64,000 nt of DNA, from the NCBI GenBank assembly GCA_011109175.1, contig RDEW01000021.1, forward strand, positions 920,513 to 984,512, in the 5' to 3' direction. Both the position numbers and the translations under genes were made by a program. The stretch comes from Dicyema japonicum (Eukaryota; Animalia; Dicyemida). Of the stretch, positions 42,655 to 55,394 are shown piece by piece; position 1 is the first letter of the stretch; the number at the start of each line of letters is the position of its first letter. The notes below the pieces were generated by a model. That model searched no databases and was not told the DNA's origin. It was given only the letters and a program-made list of their open reading frames with translations.

Positions 42655-42975
42655 AATAACTAGGACGACAGAATGGCGAAGGCGTTACCTCTGATAATCC
42701 CCATTTCGAGCCTCTGCCTCAACCAGAGCCTATTCCGTGCCTCATACCTTTTTGAGGCGAGTTTGCTTCCAATACTGGAGAGAAAGGCGTCCGTCTTCGC
42801 TTCCACGGTTCCAGTTATCTCCACAGCAATAAGTGTGAAGTGGTATTGATCTCCGAAAAATTCGTATTTACGGATCTTCTTGGTCTCCGCTTGGTCGGCT
42901 GCGTCTCCAGGAGAGTGAATCGCCGTCAGCGATCTGGCCCCTGAGAAGGTGCCCACACACGTTGCGTCCCAGACG
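42655..42975 (-). mobile_element. CRE-clade 3' end
   Basis: GKSLVWDATCVGT..ETKKIRKY..IAVEITG..WLRQRLEMGIIRGNAFAILSS* followed by an A-rich tail. Confidence 0.85.
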
Positions 42976-43489
42976 AGTGATTTTCCGTGGGAGTATGGAA
43001 ATTTTTTAAGTTAATTGAAAGTATTGGTTTAATATCAGTTACTGGCGCACAGTCCGCTTACAGTCTCTGCGTCCTATTTAATAGCCACTGGTCTAATTAT
43101 GGATGCCTCATGGTTTCTCCTCGAAATCATAAAAATCATTTTACTCCCATTTTGGGACCACATGTCGATACTGCGGACACACAAACATAAGAGGATAATA
43201 TAGATATTCTATGTTTTGCTGCTAATTAGAGATGTCAATGTTAACCTCAGTCCATATTGGACTTGGCACGAAAAGGTAACAAAAAATTTCGTCTACCATT
43301 AAGTTAAATAGGTACCTCATGTAATAATGGTACTTCACTGCTTCAACCTTCCAATTAACCAGGCGAAAAGGATCATTTCTTCTCCCACTCTACTAGAGGA
43401 GTTTCCACAACTGACAGGACTGGACGTTTTCCTTCCATTTCAGTTGGTTTTGGTGGGCTTTAGTGACATTGAAAGGAAAAAATTAAAAA

Positions 43490-43990
43490 ACATGTCCGTG
43501 GTCGTGCAAGATACCCCTGGGTACAGGGTCAAGTTGAACAAACTAAACAAAAACATTATAATATATGATCTCTTCGACTTGTCTTTCAAACAAGTTGAAT
43601 TATAAGTGGATTACGATTCTGGATGAGATCACGAGATCGTACAACTCCATGGTCCATTTCAACTACGGCATATTCACCGTTCAAGCTTATGTTCCGGTGA
43701 TAATGCCGACGAATCGTCAAATATTTATTACACGGAAAAAAAATTAATTTATTATTCCATCAACTCGATACAGGCGATGATGAAGAGGAGAAGAATGCAA
43801 GTCAGTTCGTTACTTATTTTGGACGGAAAATGAAGTTAAAAAAAGAAAGGTTCAATAAATTTAAATTGAATTTAGGCTGTCGAGTTTTCCAATTTTAAAA
43901 GCAAGAGGTTCTGGAAAACGATTTAACGGTTTTCAAAATTGGAGACAGGGTTGTTAGAAGAGTACGCACTGACACAAATATAAAAACTCG
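43490..43990 (+). mobile_element. Degenerate rve integrase (GIN/Ginger or KRBA2-like)
   Basis: HVRGRARYPWVQGQVE, TTAYSPFKLMF and KIGDRVV motifs, broken by frameshifts. Confidence 0.55.
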
Positions 43991-44719
43991 TAGAGGTGCT
44001 CTGAATGAGCATATGGACATCAATATTTATTACGTTAGAGATATCTCTCCCACTGGGATGATAATATGTTGAATGCGAAGATGGAACTATTATTAAAGAG
44101 AATAGCAGAGACTTGGCTAATTTAGAAACAAAATAAATGATTTTTCGATTAAAATTAATTTGTTGTTAATATTTTAAAATGATTACTTTTTATTGTCAAT
44201 ATTAGTATAAAAACAACATCTAATAAATATAATTGATCAGGAGTATGTTAGCAAAGTGTAGGAATCTAATAAATATAATTCATCGGAGTATGTAGCAACA
44301 TCACATTTCATATTTGTTTTACGAAAAGTATGTTACCAAATTTTGGAACGTGCGTACATACGACGACAATCAGTTAGTTTACTTTTTAATAAAGATATTT
44401 AATAAAGTATCTTTAGAATTCAAGTTTTTTGCTCGAGATCGTTCCCTCCCTTATGTGAGTTGATTTTTCTCCCAGAAAAAAAATCGCGTCATCTCACTCC
44501 CAGACAAATCAATGAGGCGGCAATTAAGTTTGCTTTTTGAAAGGAAACTGGATGAGGTTTTCGAACAAAGAAAAGAACAACCTTGTGGAGTCCAGAAAAA
44601 ATTACAAGTTTTCGAAAAAGACACTTATCTCCGACTCGCATACATAAGTACAAAAAGTGAATGGGATTTTTGAAGAGTTCAAGCTGCAAGGTATAATAAA
44701 AGAAATAGTGGTCATACAT

Positions 44720-44790
44720 TACAGAGATCAGTGGAACCTTCAGCCGGAATGTACAGTAGCGAGACTCGAACTAAGGGCTTAAGACACTGC
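44720..44790 (-). mobile_element. SINE S1 head fragment
   Basis: Reverse complement CCCTTAGTTCGAGTCTCGCTACTGTACATTCCGGCTGAAGGTTCC with a B box. Confidence 0.55.
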
Positions 44791-46174
44791 AACATCCAGG
44801 CTAATGACCATAGTTACTGGCAAATAATGGAATTTTCAACGTTTAAAACATAAAATTCACAAATTTATGTAATTTTTTTTTCTATCGGAGTTACATTTTT
44901 ATAACTAACATGTACATAAAAATAATTCCTAACTCTACTCCCTAAAACCAATTCTCTAAAAAACATTGCTATTTTCTGAGAAGACAGTCAAGTCGTTATT
45001 GACCACGTGGATGATATTACAGGAGTGCTCTTTGGTTGATACTAAATAGCAATTGCTAACGACTACAATATATGGCCCAGTATTTGTGCTCAACAGAGAA
45101 CTGTCATTTATTTCTTTTAGAGGAGATTAGGACCAAAGATTAAAGCCCCTCAAAACCATTCTACCAGGAAACGAGTTTTGAACAGGTTTTGGCGAATGAG
45201 AGAGTTCAAGTGGTTACGGCGTTATAAATGTCGATCATTGTCGATAACCGTAATATTGAGTCGTACTAAGAGCATCGTAACTTGAGAATCTGAAAATGGG
45301 AATCCATTAACGGTGGATCATCATGATCTTCCTATGCAATATAGACGACAACCTCCACTTCGAGTTCAGCTTGTCAAGCAATTGTTGAGCGGAATCATTT
45401 TAAATGAAAATGTTAATGAAATCAGTGAATTAATTCATTATTTTTTATTAAAATTATGGTTTTGGTTGTTTTTTGAAAAATTCTTGGATTGATGTGACAG
45501 ATTCTCGCCTTGATGTAATGAATTCTCAGAGTGATGTAAAAGTGTTCTCACTTAGACTTGAAAACTCTGTAATACCTGGAATCTCCCCAAAATATTAGAA
45601 GAAACCTTTTCATTTATGGAGATTAATCCAAGATTCCAAGACATTGTAAGTTCTTAACTGATTATCCTGAAACTAGTTTGTTTAGCCTTCTTTGCCACCT
45701 CACATATCAACCTTTATCGATATCCAAAGAAATTATTCTGCATTTCGTTCCAAGGTATTACTTTCACCCGTATCCACGTGGTAATTACATCTGGCAGATA
45801 TTCAATAATTTTCTCTTTTTGGATTGGACCTAATAGACAGCCTTTAGAACAAAAACATGGAAATCATTCTGGGAGACCAGAAGTACTCCCATGATTGTGA
45901 CCCGAAGGTTATATCATTTTTTCAAAAATAAAAAATATAGAAAATGAAATTTTGGTTTATTGCTGATATCTCGTTGAATTACGCCATTTTTGATTATAGC
46001 CAACATTTTTTGAGTTACAAACAATTCTAAAAACACAAACTTACTACTAACCAGCGTCTCCTTAGTGATGATAGGATGGCATCGTTAGTTGCTAGGAGAC
46101 GGTTGGAAGCGGATAAACAAGCAAATTTTAAAATGCTCTCCGGCACCCGCAATCATCTTATCTAAATGAGAAAA

Positions 46175-46290
46175 AGGGAATATTAGGCGTCATCCGCCTA
46201 ACTCAGGAGACGGCCAATTACTGGCTGGTACCTAAAAGGGATCCCTCTATTCCCTACTCCAGTGAAGGAGGTACCATAATAGTGAATGTG
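46175..46290 (+). mobile_element. SINE-like family X, divergent copy
   Basis: GGCGTCATCCGCCTAACTCAGGAGACGGCC..GGTACCTAAAAGGGATCC..CTCCAGTGAAGG. Confidence 0.55.
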
Positions 46291-46794
46291 GTAGGACGTA
46301 ATGCTTAGAAAAGACGCGTCCTGCTCAGATGGAAAGCAGAAAAAACTTCTTTGGATATTACCCGAGGTTATCAAAAAAGGCCACAAAAATTAATTGACAA
46401 AAATCTCCTGTAGGGACATAAGTAAAGATCCCAGAAAACATAAATTGGAGTGGACTGAAAGAGCAGAAAGGAATCCTTCGACCAAATAGATAGCGATGCT
46501 GGAATCAATCCTACAACTAAGCGCGACACTAGCGTCAACACTAATCACTACTCTACGGTAATGCCTGAAATGCAAATTAATGAGATAAATTTCTATAATT
46601 TTTAATGTTTAGAGATGTGGTAGAAATCAAAGTAATCAAGCTAAATTATCTGTAAATAAAAAAGTAATTACCATAATTAATGTTATTTTATGAATAGACA
46701 ATCAGCAATTAAGTCTCACTACAGATATATCACTCATAAAGATTTATCATTTATTTTAAAATAAGAAAAATTGATAATAAAAATTATTTTATTA

Positions 46795-47713
46795 TTAATC
46801 AATAAAAATATATATTTGGTTTATTGTGATCCATATCCACTTGACTGTGACGAGGACTTTAGAAAGTCTTTGAGTTCCAATTTTAGCTTCTTGCACTCCA
46901 TAATGTCCTTCACCTAAAATGATCCCTGGCCATACCATGCTCATTTCATCCTCATCTGTCGTATTGTGCCGACTCATAGAATAATTGGAATGATCCAAAA
47001 ATTCATCAAGCGATGGGAGATGCGGCAGAGGAAGCTGTGATAGGGGTTTCGGATTGCTTCCTTTTTCCCGCTCATATTTCTGAAACGCATTTTTTATAAT
47101 TTCATTTTTCTTGTTCTAAGTTAATCAATCCAAATAAGTGCCTTGTTATCCATCGCTGATAACTCTAGCTTGTTTGACCATCTGCTGCATTTGTAGGCAA
47201 TGTAGTTAGACTTTATATGGGAGATGTCCTCGAACCAAGCATTGTCACACATTATTATATTAATCCCTAAGGTTAATACTTCATCTACTCTGTTCGTGGG
47301 AATTCCCCTTTATTTCAGTAACGAGTGCTATATTGCCTAGATAAACCGTTATATTTACTTTTGGGATAATCCTGAAGCAAATATTGCATGATTTTATTGA
47401 TCATTGCCTTAATCCCCCTTTCAGACGAATTAAATTTTCTTTTAAATTCTAATTCTGAATTTTCATGTTTCAGTTTGAAAGTTTTGGCTCCAAAAATACT
47501 TAATATCTTCAACAAGTCCCTCAGAGTTTCCTCCCTGTCCCTTAAATTCAGTTTAGAGGCTCCAAGACAAGTCACAAAGTAAAAGTCTCTCCTTTTGTGG
47601 CAAAAGATTTTTCGAAATTTGGCTAGTTCATCGTGACTGATAGACTCCCCCCGGGGGATAACGACTCCATTGGGTTTCTTTGACATTACAAATAAACCAA
47701 CGTAAGACTGCAT
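46795..47713 (-). CDS. Hypothetical multi-exon protein, no family recognised
   Basis: Open frames of 132 aa and 67 aa on the same strand with intervening coding-like segments; exon structure unresolved. Confidence 0.3.
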
Positions 47714-48199
47714 CCTCGCAAATTCAACGTGACGGTCGTCGTCGATCTATATTTAATATCTGCCGGCCCGTAGATCGGCAAATTCAAATTTTCAAACATT
47801 TAATATAGATTTTAATACACGGGTAGACTAATTTAGCACGTGGTTTAAAGACTCTCTTTTTGCTTGATTATTGATTGGATTGGTGAAAGGCATTTTAATA
47901 ACAAAAGAAGAAAGATGGCAATTAATATATTTGTCAAGTCAGCTATTAATCATTCCAGGGTTCTTGTCAATTCCTTTGATAAATCGTTGTTTATGGATGG
48001 GGCACTCATAGTCACTCATGGTTTAGTGGCAAATCAACATATTTCTAGTGATGTAGGTTAATGATAGGTGGACGTATTATAGTGCATTTTATCTCATTGG
48101 ACTATTATTGTTAGTGCATAAATTAAATTTTGTCAAGGCTATTAAAATGCTTTTATGATTGTTCTTTCTGAAATTGCAGACTTAATTGCTTCAGATTAA

Positions 48200-48820
48200 A
48201 CAGGATTTGGTAAACTTCCAGTAGTTCTTGTGATTGGGGACAATGGATGGAAATGCGCTCTATTGACCATCCCCCTTCTCGGACGTCCCTCATCCATTAA
48301 TGATGTGATACACGTGGGGAGGAAATTGTAATCATACTTTCTGTAGTAGATTGGATTTATCGATCACTTATACAATCTGGAATTTATCGCAGATGGGGAT
48401 GAAGACTAAAAACTCTTAATTAAACATTTTCGCATTTCATTTACAAATCGATAACTTTGAAGAAATGGCGTTCCCTAGATGACTCCTTGGTAATTGTGAT
48501 TGCCTTATCTATGGAGATTAAGCATTCTCCCATTGAAGATCTCTCGCGTGGGTGTGTTGCCGTATTCACTGATTCAGGTTGTCCACTGACTGGTCGTTCT
48601 GACTACCACAATGCTGACTCTACTGAACGGAGGAAACCTAAGAAATACTCAGGTCTAGGCGATCGTTTCAATTTGGTCTCAATCGCCTTTGGAACTTCTG
48701 GAGCGGTTGGAACAAATGGTAAAGGAATTATAAAATTGGGAATACAATCGGAGCGCGACTATGAGACCCATGCGAACGTAGACGATTCTCACACCGCCTT
48801 TGAACCTCCACCGGCATAGG
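48200..48820 (+). mobile_element. CRE-clade C-terminal remnant
   Basis: ERRKPKKYSGLGDRFNLVSIAFGTSGAVG. Confidence 0.65.
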
Positions 48821-50099
48821 CCGTTGTCTCTTTGATATTGAATTGTCATTGAAACTTATTGTTTTTTCAACAACAAAGTGTTATCAATTTAGCATTGTAA
48901 TTTATATCATTTGATTAGCAATTAAATTACCAATATCAGCAAATTCTCAAATTATCAGTACTTTTATCTAATAAATCAATTTTATATAAATTCTACCTGC
49001 AATGACTCCTCTGCGGATGGGATAACTACTTTTCCCTATTTTCGCGTGGGAGAACTCTCTGGGGGATGTAGTCTCCGATGACTTTCCTACTTCTCAAGTA
49101 TTACATTGACAGCTCATTCTGACTGCCTAAATGCCGACTCTGTTGAACAAAGGAAACTCGGTTTATGGAAATTGTTTCCACTTCGTCTCAATTGTCTTCA
49201 AAACCTATGGAGTGGTTGGGGATGGAGCAGTGGAATTGTCAGCGAAATCTGAAAAGGGATTACGACGAGACACAGCGACTCTCGCGAATGGAGATAGTTC
49301 TCATAATACCTGGGGATGGTTATCCACTGAGGCATTGCCACTGCCTTTTGGTAGAATGATTAAAATTAACTTTTCGTATAAACTCAGGTTTCTGTCAAAT
49401 TGTGTTCCCATATTACCAAAGGTTGGGAGATAAGAAAATTTGGGGGTGATTAAACAATTCTTACATATGCTTTTGAATATTAACAGTCAACGCAATAAAT
49501 GAAAATCTCAGTGAGATATTGATTTCGGCTTAACACTGCCTTACTTTTGCAATAAAATTATCGATAAAGCTTAAATCTTAAGAAATAAGACGGAAGATAA
49601 ACAATGCAGCTTTATTTTCTCACGAGTTTTGCCTGGATTTATTAAGTTCCCTTTAAAATTCATGAAATTAGAATTGGTAAAGAATGGAAGGACGACTCTC
49701 CGTGTCGTTTGCTAGAAACTCAATTGCTCTTCCATCGATATTATCCGATGTGCTGCAGAAATCGATGAGGAAGCAGGACATGAGGTGCCTCTGTGATATG
49801 TTGACCGCAGTGGAAGTGCGCCAAATGAACGAAAACTTTCCGGGGTAGGGGAGCTTAACTTCCATCAATGTTTGGTGGTGGAAACTAAAGAAGCTCGTTG
49901 ATACTTTTGGTGGTATTAGTAAATACCTTGTTGTGGATAATTCTGAAATGTCAATGAATAGCCTCTTTTTAGGAAAAAATTCCAAAATGAGAATTTTTTC
50001 ACCGAGGGTTGGAACAATCCCCCTGATATTTGCCGAGTGTACAGGCTGTGTACCAGATGGTCCAGCATTTTGCATTATCGTGAAATTGTAGGTCGAGCA

Positions 50100-50345
50100 T
50101 TAGGAAGAGAAAATTGCTAAGTACCAGGACGGCATCGAAAAGGATCACGTGTTCCCTCCTCTATTCCAATGGATAATTTCTTGAAAGGGTTCACACAATC
50201 GTGGTTTCGGATGGCTTGTTCCCCCTATGAGTTCTCCTACACACCTGATATAGCTGACAGATTCCTGGGAGCGTCTCATTAGGTACTCATTTTCTTGTTA
50301 GTCACTGATCACCTTCACTTGAGGGGATCGGGGGAATAAATAAAT
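50100..50345 (+). mobile_element. SINE-like family X, 5'-truncated
   Basis: GTACCAGGACGGCATCGAAAAGGATCA..TTCCAATGG; ends in AATAAATAAAT. Confidence 0.55.
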
Positions 50346-50447
50346 GGATGAACTTGTCCCTCAACGAATTGTAGGGACTGAACTTCTTTCTCGTTGTATG
50401 GGGGTTAATAAATAAAAACAATTTGAAATAAGAGTTTCAAATTATTA

Positions 50448-52041
50448 TCACCTCTGTTTATCCATTGAAAGACGTCTTCTCTTTTCAGCCATTTTTCGAT
50501 TGTACTTCTCAGCCATAATCTCCAAACACTGCAGTCCCGTTAATTTTTTGGTCTCAGGTCTCAGTTTCTCCCCAATAGCACATACAGTAGCAGGATTCTC
50601 CACATAAGCAAACATTTCCTCCCGTTTTATCATCTCATTCAGTCCATCTAAGACTTGTAACTTCAGCTTCTTCCTCTTCTCCGTTTTACTCTAAGATAAG
50701 TCAGTGGAATACCTCATTCAGCATATTTGAATCTCTTTGCTCCCCCACTCTGTAAATGTCATCTCCATCGACTTTATATCTTCTTCCTCGAAATCACTGA
50801 TCCGCGAGGTCACTAAATTTTCTACTTCCTCAGCCAGATTCCTTTCAGAGATTCTCCCAGAAGCACCGAAGCGGCTTTCAAAGTCCTCAAGCTTATTTAT
50901 TAATAAAACCTCCAAAAGACCCAAAACTTGATCTCGTCTTGCAGGAGTGATGAACCTCTGCTGAGCGTATGGGGGAACCCCTTCCTTGAAGTCATCTCTC
51001 ACGTGCGAATTTTCCAAAGAATACCTCACAACCTCGAACTATAATCACTAAATTCAGTCACAAAGTCAGAAGGCAAAACAAGTGACTCGTCAAGTGAGGA
51101 CAACATACTCACAAACTCATCAAACCTCTCATACAAGGCTAACCCAATGAGGTTAGAAACCTGACAGATCGGTTCATGAAGACCGAACTGCCTGGTGGAG
51201 AAGGCAAGAGTCTTTCCACAGAGTATCTTTTGGCTTTTAATCTCAAAGTGATCATCGTAGAACTCGTTTTCGACAAACTTGACTCTCTCATAGACTTCCT
51301 CCTCTTCAATCTGCGAGAATTAAATGGAAAAAAACAGCAGATTCGGTCACTGAAGGTTCAGACTTTGAGGAAGCAATCAACGGAGTAACAAACTTTGCAC
51401 AAATTAGCATGGAAAGAAGTTGAACAATCGGAGAGGACATTTGTTCCTGTAGCATATCATCAACGGCCACATCAAAGGCGTCCTGGATAGTGTTGTTGAG
51501 AAGGTGATGATTAATAAGGATGGCTGAGGCCCACTGATCAGGAAACACACCAAACACGAGTCTATCCATGCAAATATCAGTGAGGGACAGAGACTTTGAC
51601 AATTTTAAGAGCGAACGGACGACAGCGTGATGAAAGGACTCGGGGACTGAAAGATACTGCTGAGATTTCCGAAAACTGTGGTTGACCCATTAAATTAACC
51701 TGCGAAGGATATCCACGAAGAGGTCGAAGACCTTCATGTCCTTGAGGAAGTACATTTTGCATGCAAGCTACAATAATAGCAGGAATAACCAATTCCACCA
51801 AATGAGGACTGAAATATTCCTTCTTTTGGATCCTTTCCTGGATTAGGACAGCTAATTCCTCTGAAATTCAATCTTAGGGTTACCGGCAGATTTAGCAGGA
51901 ATGTTAGGATAGTTGAGACTTGCAAGCCAAACAGAGTCATCAGTGTATTTGTGTGTTAGATAAGTCCTTTTAGTAAACTCTATGTTGTTATTTTAAATTA
52001 ATACTTAATTTATTACAAAATCTAATTCCCAATCTCAACAT
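50448..52041 (-). CDS. MRPS27: Mitochondrial ribosomal protein S27 (PPR-like)
   Basis: Presequence-like MLRLGIRFCNKLKFTKRTYL; HHAVVRSLL..VFGVFPD..DAFDVAVDDMLQE..QLLS parallels mS27 GIFPD..DALSVVFEVMMQE..QLLS; ENEFYDDHFEIK..GKTL..LIGLALY. Confidence 0.8.
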
Positions 52042-52134
52042 GCGATTTTAAATTAATTTTAATTATTTAATTTAAATAATTTTACATTATTATTTTTTCT
52101 GTCCCGGACAAAGTAAAGTGGGTCGGTCCAAAAG

Positions 52135-52320
52135 TTATCTTCCCCAATCGATTACCTTCCCAAGTACGAGCGGAGGCGTTTTCTGGCAGCGATTAATACA
52201 ATGGAGAATCACAAACGTAAGATGTTGATGCTAATTTCGGACACTGGGATCACCTAACTGTTCGACTATACTTTGTCCTTCTTCTGGGTTACTCAGAAGG
52301 TTCTAAATAAGATGCAAAGT
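52135..52320 (+). mobile_element. SINE-like repeat related to 16085-16280
   Basis: Shared CCCCAATCG..ACAATGGAG..ACTGGGATCACCTAACT..ACTTTGTC. Confidence 0.55.
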
Positions 52321-52339
52321 TATTGAACAAAAGTTTAAA

Positions 52340-53100
52340 AATCAAATTAAGAGTTTATAACTAAATGAATGTAGATGCCCGGACTTGATGTCTAAAATGC
52401 TAGCGAAATGAATAGCCAGCTGATATCTGGCTTCCAAGTCGACCCAGAAATTCCTGCAATGAAGTTTGATGGCATCAGAAGTCTCCACGACGGAAGGAGT
52501 AAATATCACTCCTTTGGTAGGTGAGAATTTTTTTCTTTTCAACATTTTGGCTCTTCAAGATGGCTTTGGATGTACTCTGGTTCTATTTGTGTTCAATTAC
52601 CAACTCCTAGAGGGGTCACTCATTTACTTTTATAAATATTTGATCATAGCTCTAGTATGAGCTTAAGTGATTAGAATGTTTACTAGGAGTCCAGCCAAAC
52701 TACATACTACCACTAAAAAAGGAAATTGACTCATCTACGTCAACATTAGTGAGGAAGGTGGTCTAAGGTGTGGATCTAGGTTCGCAATGTTTATAAGGAC
52801 AGAATGAAGTCTTTGTAGTTGTTATCAGTGTTTATTAGTCGAATCATGTAATTTCATCTACATCTTGTTGGAGTGAGCCCGTCCTACTCGGTGGAATTAT
52901 CTTTCAGCGCTCTGTGATGTTTTTGAGGTCCAGCCAAGCGATCTCCACTGTTGATTTCTGTAAAATCTCCACAAAGCCGAATGATATTGTTCTTTCGCTA
53001 TGCCAAGGTCGAGACAAACCATGTGCAATCCCGAGAGACTAACAACAACGTCATCCTACTCAACTTGTTCCTGTCACAAGCAAGCTCCCGTATTCCATCA
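52340..53100 (-). mobile_element. Old CRE-clade remnant
   Basis: KRKKFSPTKGVIFTPSVVETSDAI resembles the CRE C-terminal K..KY....F.P.AVETSG motif. Confidence 0.4.
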
Positions 53101-53211
53101 AGACCTCTCCCTCTCTGGGACATTTCTCGGTGATATACTTTATTGGAATTATTAATATTTAAAACAATTTAAAATAATATTAAAATTTAAATTATAATCC
53201 AACTTGGTCAC

Positions 53212-53967
53212 ATGGCGGAGTATCTTGCTTCTATTTTTGGTTCAGAGAAAGACAAGTATTGGTGTAATTATCATAAATCAGAGTAAACTGCTCCTTCTAC
53301 TTTAAAATCGGGGCATGTCGTCACGGGGACCAATGCACTAGAATACATAATAAGCCGACCTTTAGTCAGGTTAAAGGTTTTCATAAAATTAAGACAATTC
53401 TAATCTCAAATATGTTCCCAGGGGCTCAAATCCGTCAACTCTACTCAGGACCAACCACAGGTTGTCTTAAATAATCAAATGTAGTTCCCCCCGACTCAGA
53501 AGAGCAGAGAAAGTTTGAAGAATTCTTTGAAGAAGTGTTTGTTGAGTTAAACGAACGAGTTTCGATTTGTCTAATTTAAGTATGGGGAAATTGAGGAAAT
53601 GAATGTGTGTGAGAATGTTGGAGACCATTTACTAGGGAATACTTATGTTAAGGTGGGGGATATATATATAATTTAGTTTTATAACGAAGAAGATGCCCAG
53701 AGAGCGTGTAAGGAACTGAACAATCGTTGGTTTGGGGGGAAACCATTATATGTTGACCTTTCTCCAGTGACTGAGTTTAGAGATGCCTGTTGTAGGCAAC
53801 ATGAAGTCGGGTATCAAGTTTGGTTGATGTTAGTGAGTGCACACGTGGGGGATTTTGTAATTTTCTGCACATTCGGGCTATTTCTGACTCTTTGAAGTCA
53901 TACCTTTACCAGAGAGGTAGAGGTGGGAGGTTTTGTTTGGCTAATGTGTAGGAGACGGAGATATTAG
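53212..53967 (+). CDS. U2AF1: U2AF small subunit, 196 aa, 7 introns of 22-26 nt
   Basis: [31 protein letters not shown]; UHM; [20 protein letters not shown]. Exon phases check out (591 nt spliced). Confidence 0.97.
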
Positions 53968-54096
53968 TGCTGATTTGTTTGGATTATAATAGGCATTTGT
54001 TAATTTATTTTCATTAGGGATTATTATATTGTAGGCTAACAAGACTTGTAGTTTATTAGTTCTTAATTAACATACATTCACCGTGGTTGTCTACAT

Positions 54097-54163
54097 TAGT
54101 GTTTCTCAACGAGGGACCAAGTTTTTTCATGGGAGCGAAACGAAAAATGGTTGGGAAACACTG
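54097..54163. mobile_element. 67-bp hAT (Charlie-type) MITE
   Basis: TIRs TAGTGTTTCTCAAC / GTTGGGAAACACTG; flanks GTCTACAT and ATCTAGAC resemble the NTCTAGAN target (5/8 identical). Confidence 0.6.
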
Positions 54164-55009
54164 ATCTAGACGATTAGTGCTGTCACTCGCCTCCCATTTG
54201 GGTTAGGTACCCACATTGATGCTTGGGGATTTCCTTTCTGTTTTTTGCCTTCTTTAGTTCCTAGAGGTGTCATTGAATAGAAATCGGCAAAATTGAAGGT
54301 ATTATATCTAACGGAAAAAAACGAAAGTTTTGGTGGTAATTATGGAGCATAAAGAACGATGCGTTTAATTTTTTTTAAATTGACTTTTTGATGTCTTGTC
54401 GATGGTCTTTAAGAGAGTGGTATATTCAAGGTAAGGGATAGTCTTTATTAAAAGAGAAGCTGTTGTGAGGAGTGAATTTTTGGTAAAAAAGAGGTGTGAG
54501 TCGAGAAGAGGCAAATTGCGATATGTTTTTGAGATTTTCCATGAGATAAAGGAAAACTGAAGAGGATATTGCTGAATGAACAGTCGAGTCTGCAGCATTA
54601 TTAACAGAGATTCTGAGAATAAGCGAACGAAGAGTCGGAGTCTAAACATTTTAAGTTGATAATCCTGAATTTCTGCATTTTGATTAAGGAAGTAACAAGA
54701 TCGATCCCCAAGACAGAGTATGGAGTCAGTTGATGCACTCCGATTCTGTACTTTAGAGCATTATGACCGAAAATTAATGAGCAAGGCAGGTTTTACGGTG
54801 GTTAACCGTTAAGAGACATGCTAGAATGATTTAACCCCGACGGATATAATTGAAGACATTACGGAGGTCTATGTTGACCACGATGCCATCTTCAGCGTCA
54901 GATGGGTTAAAAGTATATTCTTGAAGTATGTGGATAGCGGTCTAGAATCGTTGGATTCAAGTCCGAGTTTAAGAGATCATAGGCGTGCAAGACATATCCA
55001 AAGGTAATC

Positions 55010-55290
55010 GGGCGAACTGGGTGGCGCAATGTAAAGAGTGCCGGGCAAAAGGCCTGATTGCCCCTAGTTCGAATCTCGCTGCAGTACGATGCATTGGTTT
55101 GACAAGTGACGCTGTCATCAGTGAACATCTCACTGGGAATCGGATAAAGGACTCACACCCAACAAAAAGAAAAAAGAAGTGAAAAGCATTCCTTGGTTCT
55201 CCCTCTACGATTAGTTATCATAACTGCTCTTTACCTAAAGCCCGGGAGGAATATAGCTAATGTGGATCTGCGTAAAGTGAAGTATTTGTG
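55010..55290 (+). mobile_element. SINE S1, most complete copy
   Basis: A box TGGCGCAATGT at 55022 and B box GTTCGAATC at 55067, with tRNA-like spacing. Confidence 0.75.
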
Positions 55291-55394
55291 AACACAGGGA
55301 TTGTCATTGAGAGAAATTAAGAGAAAACACCACCATTAGGTGATCCCGCTTCTCTCAGCAATCCCACACACCTCCTATGAGGAGCACTGATTTT

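Noticed and set aside
49680-49910. Possible SRCR-like pseudogene or the 135-aa minus-strand ORF as a gene
   Set aside because: The similarity is weak, cysteine spacing is incomplete, there are stops, and I cannot support either reading.
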